Source: Candidatus Doudnabacteria bacterium RIFCSPHIGHO2_02_FULL_43_13b (GTDB lineage Bacteria > Patescibacteriota > Doudnabacteria > UBA920 > O2-02-FULL-48-8). Taken from it: a stretch of DNA of 50,955 bases. The stretch lies in assembly GCA_001777655.1 (NCBI GenBank), contig MFER01000006.1, positions 29,859 to 80,813 of the forward strand. Direction: 5' to 3'. Shown here one piece after another: positions 44,122 through 50,955 of the stretch. The position numbers were made by a program, and so were the translations under genes. Position 1 is the stretch's first letter. Every line of letters begins with the position of its first letter. A model generated the notes under the pieces. The model was not told where the DNA came from. It saw only the letters and a program-made list of their open reading frames with translations, and ran no database searches.

Positions 44122-44774
44122 CAGAAATTTCGCCGGCTATTTTAACCAACGATATCGAGGATTTCCGCAAGAGGTATGCGGAGATGTTAGCGTTGACCCA
44201 ACATTTTTCGAAATTACACATTGATTTTGTGGACGGAATATTCTTGCCAAACAAAACTCTCATGCCGAAAGATTTAAAGCTTCTTCGAACCACTCCTGTT
44301 CTTTTGATCGCGCACTTCATGACGGTTAATCCGCAAAATTATTTTATTGACGCGCGAGATGCGGGTTTCAAATGGGTGCTATTTCATTATGAGGCTTTTA
44401 ATACTGATGATGAAGTACGGGAAACAATTGCTTTTGCCGAAAAATTATCCCTGCAACCCGGGCTAGTTTTAAATCCCGAAATGCCGCTGAGGCGAATTGC
44501 CAAATTTTTGCCAATCATTGGAGTTGTCCAGTTGATGGGGATCAATCCTGGCGCGCAGGGGCGGACGTTTATTCCAGAAACCCTCGATAAGATTCGTGAA
44601 TTGCGTTCTCTTTCGCCTAGTGTCATAATTTGTGTAGACGGTGGCGTAAGAGTTGGCATTGCCAGGAAATGTGCCAAGGCCGGGGCGAATATTTTGGTCG
44701 CCGGCTCCGCAATCCTACAGTCTGAAGACGAAGCCATGGCGATTGAGTCATTAAAACTAGACGTAGAAGACTAA
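44118..44774 (+). CDS. rpe: Ribulose-phosphate 3-epimerase
   Basis: HIDFVDGIFLPN, MGINPGAQG and VDGGV. Confidence 0.85.
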   Translation: MTEISPAILTNDIEDFRKRYAEMLALTQHFSKLHIDFVDGIFLPNKTLMPKDLKLLRTTPVLLIAHFMTVNPQNYFIDARDAGFKWVLFHYEAFNTDDEVRETIAFAEKLSLQPGLVLNPEMPLRRIAKFLPIIGVVQLMGINPGAQGRTFIPETLDKIRELRSLSPSVIICVDGGVRVGIARKCAKAGANILVAGSAILQSEDEAMAIESLKLDVED

Positions 44775-44776
44775 AA

Positions 44777-45658
44777 ATGCAATACACCATCAAACAATTG
44801 GAAGAGAAGGCTAACGAAATCCGTGAGGATATTATTAAGATGCTGGTTTGTGCCAAATCCGGCCATTCGGCAGGTCCTTTGGGCATGGCTGATGTTTTTA
44901 CCGCTTTGTATTTTGGCGTACTTAACTATGACCCAAAAAATATAACCAAATGGGATCGGGACAGATTTGTTTTATCCTGCGGCCATATTTGCCCGGTTTG
45001 GTATGCCACACTAGCTCATGCCGGATTTTTTCCTCACGCGGAATTAGCGACTTTAAGAAAGCTTGGCACCAGACTGCATGGCCATCCCCACAACGAAGTT
45101 TTACCTGGCTCGGAAAATTCATCCGGCCCGTTAGGTCAAGGATTGTCCCAGGCTGCTGGTATGGCCTATGTGGGGTTGAAAATGAAGAAAGAGCCTTGGC
45201 GCGTGTACTGTGTGATGTCAGATGGCGAACAACAAGAAGGCCAAATCTGGGAAGCCGCCATGTTTGCCGGAAAAAATAATCTTCGAAACCTAACCGCCTT
45301 GATTGACCGCAATAACATTCAGATTGACGGTTACACGGAAGAAGTGATGCCGCTGGAACCCTTCAGGGCGAAATGGGAGGCGATGAATTGGACCGTGTTG
45401 GAAGTTGATGGCCACAACATTCGTGAAATTATAGATGCCTGTAACAAAGCAAAGTCAATTTATGAAAACCCGACCGTAATTATTTGTCACACTATCCCGG
45501 GTAAGGGAGTAGATTTTATGGAATACCGTTATGAGTGGCACGGGGTTCCGCCAGATTCCGGCGATATCACCGGATCGCCAAAAAAAGGACTGCAAGGCCA
45601 CGAAGCCTTGAAAGAATTAAGAACTTTGGGAGGGAGAATTAGGAGCGAACATGAATAG
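44777..45658 (+). CDS. Transketolase, N-terminal (TPP-binding) subunit
   Basis: GHSAGPLG, DRFVLSCGH, GHPH and GPLGQGLSQAAGMA. Confidence 0.92.
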   Translation: MQYTIKQLEEKANEIREDIIKMLVCAKSGHSAGPLGMADVFTALYFGVLNYDPKNITKWDRDRFVLSCGHICPVWYATLAHAGFFPHAELATLRKLGTRLHGHPHNEVLPGSENSSGPLGQGLSQAAGMAYVGLKMKKEPWRVYCVMSDGEQQEGQIWEAAMFAGKNNLRNLTALIDRNNIQIDGYTEEVMPLEPFRAKWEAMNWTVLEVDGHNIREIIDACNKAKSIYENPTVIICHTIPGKGVDFMEYRYEWHGVPPDSGDITGSPKKGLQGHEALKELRTLGGRIRSEHE

Positions 45659-45878
45659 AGAACATATACCTATGGGGGCTGAAGAAATAACTAGAGCGAA
45701 GATTGTTCAACGGGCCGAGGCGGTTGATCGAAGTGTAAAATTAGCAAAAACGAAAAAAGCGATGGATGATGCAGCTAGAGAAGGCACGAAGCTGATGATT
45801 GATAACGCGCTTACCCAAGATGCGGAACGACTAACTCAAGAAAAAATTTTGAAGGATAAAGGAGACGGCTCTATCTAA
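45651..45878 (+). CDS. Hypothetical 75-aa helical charged protein
   Basis: ATG overlaps the tktN end. No recognisable motif. Confidence 0.45.
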   Translation: MNREHIPMGAEEITRAKIVQRAEAVDRSVKLAKTKKAMDDAAREGTKLMIDNALTQDAERLTQEKILKDKGDGSI

Positions 45879-46117
45879 TGATTGATGATAAACATATGGA
45901 CGAAACTGAAGCGAATAAACAGGCCGAGATCGCGGCGATCACGGACGAAATAGCTAAGTTAGAGCAGTCTTTGATTGAGAGCAAGAATCCAGAAATCCAA
46001 AAACAGATTAACCAGAGGGAAGCCGCCTTGCTTAGAAAATTGGCAATTCTGAAAGGCGAACCGATTACTCCTGCCACCACCGGGCTGGATGATTTTGATC
46101 AACATTTGCACCAATAA
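45878..46117 (+). CDS. Hypothetical 79-aa acidic coiled-coil-like protein
   Basis: ATG overlaps the upstream TAA (TAATG). No recognisable motif. Confidence 0.45.
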   Translation: MIDDKHMDETEANKQAEIAAITDEIAKLEQSLIESKNPEIQKQINQREAALLRKLAILKGEPITPATTGLDDFDQHLHQ

Positions 46118-46120
46118 ACC

Positions 46121-47095
46121 ATGGAAGTCCCATTAGTCGCCAATTTATTCGCTCAAGACATCAAACAAGTGCCGATCCGCAACGGATATGGTGAGGGCTT
46201 GTTGATATTAGGCAAAGAAAATCCGGATGTAATTGTCCTTTGTTGTGATTTAGTGGAATCCACCCGGTCCTTGGATTTTGCCAAGGCTTATCCGGATCGA
46301 TATGTCGAGGTCGGGGTTGCCGAACAAAACTTGGCTGGCTTAGGTGCTGGTATGGCCCACGAAGGTAAAATTCCATTTATCACTTCTTACGCGACGTTTT
46401 CTCCAGGACGGAACTGGGATCAGCTTCGAGTCTCAGTTTGCTATTCAGGGAACAACGTGAAGATTATTGGTTCCCACGCTGGCATTTCGGTTGGCCCGGA
46501 TGGCGCGACCCACCAAGCCATGGAAGATATTGCTATCACGCGGGTATTGCCTCGGATGACTGTACTGGTGCCCTCTGATGCCATCGAAGCTCGAAAAGCA
46601 ACCGTGGCGGCCGGAAGAATGAATGGACCGGTCTATATACGACTCGCCCGGGAAAAAACTCCCCAGTTTACGATTGAAGAGACGCCGTTTGAAATCGGCA
46701 AGGCTTTCGTTTTTCGAGAAGGAAAAGATACAACGATTGCCGCGGCCGGCCCCCAGGTTTATTACGCCCTGCAAGCGGCCAATGAGCTTTCGAAAGAAGG
46801 AATTGAATGCGAAGTGATCAATGTGGTTTCAGTCAAACCGATAGACGAACTAACTCTTTCGGCGTCAGTCAAAAAAACCGGTTGTATGGTTTCTGCCGAA
46901 GAGCATCAGATCACCGGCGGCGTGGGCGGTGCTGTGGCCGAAGTGTTGTCGCGTAATTTCCCAGTGCCTCAGGAATTTGTCGGCATGCCCGATCATTTCG
47001 GCGAATCCGGTGAGCCAGTGGAATTGATCGCGAAATGGGGGATGGACAGTCAGGCTATAATGGTGGCAGTTAGAAAGGTAATTAAACGAAAGTAA
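46121..47095 (+). CDS. Transketolase, C-terminal (pyrimidine-binding) subunit
   Basis: EVGVAEQN and GPDGATHQAMEDIA. Confidence 0.92.
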   Translation: MEVPLVANLFAQDIKQVPIRNGYGEGLLILGKENPDVIVLCCDLVESTRSLDFAKAYPDRYVEVGVAEQNLAGLGAGMAHEGKIPFITSYATFSPGRNWDQLRVSVCYSGNNVKIIGSHAGISVGPDGATHQAMEDIAITRVLPRMTVLVPSDAIEARKATVAAGRMNGPVYIRLAREKTPQFTIEETPFEIGKAFVFREGKDTTIAAAGPQVYYALQAANELSKEGIECEVINVVSVKPIDELTLSASVKKTGCMVSAEEHQITGGVGGAVAEVLSRNFPVPQEFVGMPDHFGESGEPVELIAKWGMDSQAIMVAVRKVIKRK

Positions 47096-47130
47096 CATAT
47101 TAATTAATGAATATTTTATCAGTTTTTATT

Positions 47131-47155
47131 TAACCTATTTATGCCATGGCATTTT
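47131..47155 (+). promoter_or_regulatory. 25-nt box containing the 12-bp palindrome ATGCCATGGCAT, upstream copy
   Basis: taacctatttatgccatggcatttt, identical to 47734-47758. Confidence 0.6.
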
Positions 47156-47168
47156 TAGGTAATCTTTT

Positions 47169-47720
47169 ATGAGTAATCGTCGGGGTGAAATTATTAAAGG
47201 AATTTTACTTGCAGTTGGCGCAGTAGGGTTAATTACTGTTTCTGTAGCTCTGCCGGGATTGCCGGCAGCTTTTGCGCCATTTTTTAAAAATAAAAGATAT
47301 ACGAAACAGCAAGTGAAGAGAAGCTTACGAAAATTAGAAAAAAATAAATTGATAAGCGTTAAATATAAAGATGATAAAATAGAACTAAGAATAACTAAGG
47401 GGGGTCGGGAAAAAGTGTTGCTGTATAATTTAGAAACTCTGCGAATCCCTAGTCCCAAAAAATGGGACGGCAAGTTTAGGATAGTGATTTTTGATATTCC
47501 CCAGCAGTTTAAAAAGAACAGCAGCTATTTCAGCAAAAAATTGAAAGATTTGGGTTTCTATAAATTACAGAAAAGCGTATGGGCTTATCCTTATCCTTGT
47601 GAGGATGAAATCGATTTTCTGAAAGAAATATACTTAGTTAGGCCATTCGTTAGGATGATTACAGCAGAAGAAATTGATGTGAAACAAGATTTATTGAAAA
47701 AATTTAATATTCTTTTTTGA
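47169..47720 (+). CDS. Membrane-anchored wHTH plus Cas2-like/PaaX-like domain protein (paralog of 14041-14586)
   Basis: KKWDGKFRIVIFDIPQQFKKNSSYFSKKLKDLGFYKLQKSVWAYPYPCEDEIDFL aligns by eye with the paralog. Confidence 0.55.
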   Translation: MSNRRGEIIKGILLAVGAVGLITVSVALPGLPAAFAPFFKNKRYTKQQVKRSLRKLEKNKLISVKYKDDKIELRITKGGREKVLLYNLETLRIPSPKKWDGKFRIVIFDIPQQFKKNSSYFSKKLKDLGFYKLQKSVWAYPYPCEDEIDFLKEIYLVRPFVRMITAEEIDVKQDLLKKFNILF

Positions 47721-47733
47721 TCTTGAGTTTTTT

Positions 47734-47758
47734 TAACCTATTTATGCCATGGCATTTT
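47734..47758 (+). promoter_or_regulatory. 25-nt box containing the palindrome ATGCCATGGCAT, downstream copy
   Basis: Identical 25-mer 14 nt after the stop codon. Confidence 0.6.
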
Positions 47759-47824
47759 AAGGTTAGAGGATGGTGGAAGAGACCGCAGCTGAATTTAAAG
47801 ACAAATTGATTTATAAAGAAAAAT

Positions 47825-47853
47825 TTGCCAAATCTTGACGATTTTATTATAAT
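47825..47853 (+). promoter_or_regulatory. Sigma70-type promoter (TTGCCA-17-TATAAT)
   Basis: ttgcca 47825-47830, 17-nt spacer, tataat 47848-47853. Confidence 0.5.
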
Positions 47854-47884
47854 AAAAGGGCTAAATTAAGATTTTTGAAACAAA

Positions 47885-48215
47885 CCAGGTAGTAAAAATT
47901 CGATATTTGGGGAGATGTTCCATTTTGTATATATACTGGAAAGTCAACAATATGGAGACTTATACGTCGGTTATTATCCGGATAGCGTAATAGCGTAGTA
48001 GAAGAACGTCTAAATAAGCATAACAAAAAAGGGGAAGTTTTCTCAACAAAAGCACATCGGCCGTGGAAATTAATCTTTTATGAAGCTTATTTGAATAAAA
48101 ACGACGCATTTAGAAGAGAAAAATATTTAAAGACTAACCAAGGCGCTCGAATGCTTAAACTCATGCTAAAGGAATATCGTAAATCAAATAAACATAATCG
48201 AATTTTACTACCTGG
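47885..48215 (+). mobile_element. IR-bounded GIY-YIG element (long form) carrying a frameshifted nuclease gene
   Basis: IRs ccaggtagtaaaaattcg (47885-47902) and cgaattttactacctgg (48199-48215). The IR sequence is related to the IRs of the ribosomal-operon mini elements. Confidence 0.6.
47915..48200 (+). pseudogene. GIY-YIG nuclease (UPF0213-like) disrupted by an 8-nt duplication
   Basis: MFHFVYILESQQYGDLYVGYYPDSVIA* then, in another frame, VEERLNKHNKKGEVFSTKAHRPWKLIFYEAYLNKNDAFRREKYLKTNQGARMLK. The local repeat is agcgtaat/agcgtagt. Confidence 0.65.
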
Positions 48216-48256
48216 CGAGCAAAACCGGGTAGTGAAATTTGGTCGCGAAGCGATTT

Positions 48257-49237
48257 ATGGCCAAATATGACATAGTTTCTATTGGAGACACCACCATTGA
48301 TGCTTTTATTGAGCTGCACGAAGCTTCGGTGCATTGCAATGTGGATCGGACTGATTGTGTGTTGAGTCTGTCTTACGCCAATAAAGTTCCTTACGAAAGT
48401 TTAACTTTATTGCCGGCTGGCAATTCGACTAACAATGCCGTGGGTTCGGCTCGCTTAGGTATGAAAAACGCGTTTGTGACCGCTGTCGGAGATGATGATT
48501 CGGGCAAACGGGTCATCAATGAACTGAAATCCGAAGGCATTGATACCCGATACATTTATGTAAATAAAGGGGCGCAGACGAATTTTCATTTCGTGTTGTC
48601 GTTTCAAGGTGAGAGGACGATTTTGATCAAACATAATAAGTTTCAATACAAATTACCACAACGGTTGAATACAGAATGGATTTATTTTTCTTCTATGGCC
48701 GCAGGCACGGAAAAATTTCATAAAGAAATCGAACGGTTTTTAAATCGCAACCCAAAGATTAAATTGTCATTTAATCCCGGGACGTTCCAAATGCGGATGG
48801 GAACCCATATTCTGAAAGGGATTTATAAGCGCACGGAAATTTTGTTTCTCAACCGCGAAGAGGCCCAATTGGTCCTCAAAACAACCTCTCGGAATATCAA
48901 AACCTTGCTTGCCGGCATGCATAAACTTGGCGCAAAAACCGTGGTGATTACAGATGGGCGCGACGGATCTTACGCCTCTAACGGTTCAGGTAAAGTTTGG
49001 TATTTGGATCAATTTGAAGGTCCGCACGTCGAAGCCACCGGAGCCGGTGATGCTTATGGCACGGCCTTTACCGCGGCAATTTTTTACGGCAAGTCCTTGG
49101 CGGAAGCAATCACTTGGGGCACGATCAATGGCGGGAATGTCGCGATGCATATCGGCCCACACGCTGGTTTACAAACCAAACAGCAAATAGAAAATTATAT
49201 GAAAAAGCACCCGAAGTTTAAAGCCAAGGAGATATGA
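48257..49237 (+). CDS. PfkB-family carbohydrate/nucleoside kinase
   Basis: DIVSIGDTTIDAF, and the GAGDAYGTAF ATP-site motif. Confidence 0.85.
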   Translation: MAKYDIVSIGDTTIDAFIELHEASVHCNVDRTDCVLSLSYANKVPYESLTLLPAGNSTNNAVGSARLGMKNAFVTAVGDDDSGKRVINELKSEGIDTRYIYVNKGAQTNFHFVLSFQGERTILIKHNKFQYKLPQRLNTEWIYFSSMAAGTEKFHKEIERFLNRNPKIKLSFNPGTFQMRMGTHILKGIYKRTEILFLNREEAQLVLKTTSRNIKTLLAGMHKLGAKTVVITDGRDGSYASNGSGKVWYLDQFEGPHVEATGAGDAYGTAFTAAIFYGKSLAEAITWGTINGGNVAMHIGPHAGLQTKQQIENYMKKHPKFKAKEI

Positions 49238-50202
49238 TGAAAATATTCGTCACCAGAAAAATTCCACAGGTTGGTTTAGATCTACTCAAACAAGCCGGAC
49301 ACGAAGTCGCGGTTTCCGAATTTGATCGTCCTTTGACGCGCGAGGAGTTGATGCAAAAAGTTGCCGCTGCAGACGCGATTCTCTCCCAATTGGTAGATAA
49401 AATCGATGGGGAGGTTATGGATATGGCCGGCAAGCAGCTGAAAGTGATTGCTAACTATGCCGTGGGGTATGATAATTTGAATTTGAAAGACGCCGAATCC
49501 CGCCATATTTTGGTTACCAACACACCGGATGTATTAACTGATGCCGTGGCTGATCATGCGTTCGCTCTGATGATGGCAGCCGCTCGGCGAGTTGTTGAGT
49601 CTGATCGCTTTTCTCGCGCCGGCAAATACACCGGTTGGCAGCCGTTTTTATTGCTTGGCCAAGATGTTCATGGCAAAACCATGGGGATTGTCGGCATGGG
49701 CCGGATTGGTTCCACGCTGGCTGCGCGAGCGGCAAAAGGTTTTGGCATGAAAGTTCTTTATACGGATCAGAAGGATAATGCCCAGCTCGATTCAGAAATT
49801 GGATCAAAAAGAGTAGAATTAAATGAGCTACTAAAAACCGCGGATTTTATTTCAGTCCACGTGCCACTGTTGCCAGAAACCCGCCACATGTTTTCCAGCA
49901 AGCAGTTTGAAATGATGAAAAAAACCGCGGTGTTTGTAAATACCTCGCGCGGACCGGTCGTTGACGAACAAGCCTTGCTTGATGCGTTGAAAAAAGGCGA
50001 CATCTTCGGCGCCGGTATTGATGTTTGGGAATTTGAGCCCAAACTCACACCGGGCCTGGCTGAATTGGAAAATATCGTGATTACTCCACATACTGCTTCT
50101 GCCACGATTGAAGCGCGAGATAATATGAGCCGGGTGGCGGCTGAGAATATTATCGCAGTATTAAAAGGCGAACAACCTCCTAATTTGGTTAAAATAACAT
50201 GA
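49234..50202 (+). CDS. D-isomer-specific 2-hydroxyacid dehydrogenase (glyoxylate/hydroxypyruvate reductase-like)
   Basis: GIVGMGRIGSTLA NAD motif. SVHVPL..T, NTSRGPVVDE and TPHTASAT. Confidence 0.88.
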   Translation: MMKIFVTRKIPQVGLDLLKQAGHEVAVSEFDRPLTREELMQKVAAADAILSQLVDKIDGEVMDMAGKQLKVIANYAVGYDNLNLKDAESRHILVTNTPDVLTDAVADHAFALMMAAARRVVESDRFSRAGKYTGWQPFLLLGQDVHGKTMGIVGMGRIGSTLAARAAKGFGMKVLYTDQKDNAQLDSEIGSKRVELNELLKTADFISVHVPLLPETRHMFSSKQFEMMKKTAVFVNTSRGPVVDEQALLDALKKGDIFGAGIDVWEFEPKLTPGLAELENIVITPHTASATIEARDNMSRVAAENIIAVLKGEQPPNLVKIT

Positions 50203-50756
50203 GATATAAAGTTGTTGCTTGGATATTTGTGATCATGGCGATCCTGGCCATCGCCAGCTCGATTTATAATTGGCGGGTTTCGAGACAAGTCGTGGATACC
50301 ACCCCCATCATCCACCGCGACCCAACCACTGGTTGGCAAACTTATACAAATAAGCAGTATGGGTTTAGTTTGAAATACCCGCTGGATTGGACTTTTGAGT
50401 TCCAAGAAGATTTTCTCAACCTGCACAAGATCGGGGCAACAGAATCTAACACCTCCGGCCTGTTTATTTTGATGAAAAATCAACCGGTGTCCGATCTCGT
50501 GACTGAGCTGCTGGCACGAGTTGAATTTGAAGCCGGAAGTCCAGTCCGAAGCAAGATACTATCGAATAGAAATTTTCAGCTAGTCGGGACTGATGCTACG
50601 GAAATTGATTATCAATATCACACTGAGGGCGGTGGGCCTTTTCAAACCCGATATATATTTGTAAAAAACGATGTAACTAGTTTTATTATTGGTTACTCGC
50701 CTCAAGACATTTTTTCTGAAAAAATTCTACCCACCTTTAAGTTTCTCAATAATTAA
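50199..50756 (+). CDS. Hypothetical membrane-anchored/secreted protein
   Basis: N-terminal TM helix then a beta-rich domain (YTNKQYGFSLKYPLDW), common in small extracytoplasmic proteins. Confidence 0.5.
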   Translation: MRYKVVAWIFVIMAILAIASSIYNWRVSRQVVDTTPIIHRDPTTGWQTYTNKQYGFSLKYPLDWTFEFQEDFLNLHKIGATESNTSGLFILMKNQPVSDLVTELLARVEFEAGSPVRSKILSNRNFQLVGTDATEIDYQYHTEGGGPFQTRYIFVKNDVTSFIIGYSPQDIFSEKILPTFKFLNN

Positions 50757-50765
50757 TTACTGAGC

Positions 50766-50924
50766 ATGGTCATGAGCAAAAATAATATTAGAAAAATCAC
50801 TAGAGTCGGCCGATCCAGATCAATGTCCGTGGTAATTCCGGCGGATGCAATCCGTTCGCTGGGTTGGCGGGAGAAGTCCCGATTTATTGAAAATTTTAAT
50901 CAATGTATTATACATATATCCTAA
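50766..50924 (+). CDS. AbrB/MazE/SpoVT-type small DNA-binding protein (antitoxin-like), 52 aa
   Basis: IRKITRVGRSRSMSVVIPADAIRSLGW matches the swapped-hairpin barrel signature. Not in the track (under 60 aa). Confidence 0.45.
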   Translation: MVMSKNNIRKITRVGRSRSMSVVIPADAIRSLGWREKSRFIENFNQCIIHIS

Positions 50925-50955
50925 AATCAATGAATAATAAATATTATATAGGATA

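Noticed and set aside
1-50955. Alternative genetic code (UGA recoded, as in some CPR lineages).
   Set aside because: Conserved genes end at TGA at the expected length (metG, PAP2 phosphatase, parB, adk, the YerC-like gene), and no conserved protein shows in-frame TGA.

Overview
50.9 kb of a gene-dense, low-GC bacterial chromosome using the standard code (TGA ends metG and the PAP2 gene, among others). The content looks like Patescibacteria/CPR. It carries a long str-S10-spc ribosomal cluster (rpsL-rpsG-fusA, tuf, rpsJ to rplO, secY-adk-map) with no L30 gene, several extended r-proteins, split transketolase, a split FAD pathway, aminoacyl-tRNA synthetases (metG, leuS) and pentose-phosphate/glycolysis genes. 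Features beyond this core:

1. LeuRS carries an in-frame ~180-aa YdeN-like alpha/beta serine-hydrolase domain with an apparently intact Ser/Asp/His triad, inserted at the entrance of the CP1 editing domain.
2. Two short high-GC islands lie in conserved contexts (parB to tRNA cluster; fusA to tuf). Each has its own promoters, terminators and tightly coupled tiny ORFs, and one carries an atypical tRNA.
3. A tRNA-Pro gene is nested inside a 16-17 bp inverted repeat and flanked by tRNA half-fragments.
4. A family of inverted-repeat-bounded GIY-YIG elements is present: one frameshifted, one internally deleted in the L30 slot, and three 153-154 nt miniature derivatives directly abutting the start codons of rplV, rplP and rplE.
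5. Three small DNA-binding-type genes (two Cas2/PaaX-like paralogs and one YerC/TrpR-like) are each bracketed at start and stop by their own private direct repeat or palindrome. One of the Cas2/PaaX-like genes sits next to a NYN RNase.
6. adk is tandemly duplicated, and each copy has a leader helix that sequesters its start codon.

All calls come from reading the sequence and ORF track and from recalled family motifs. No searches or folding programs were run.
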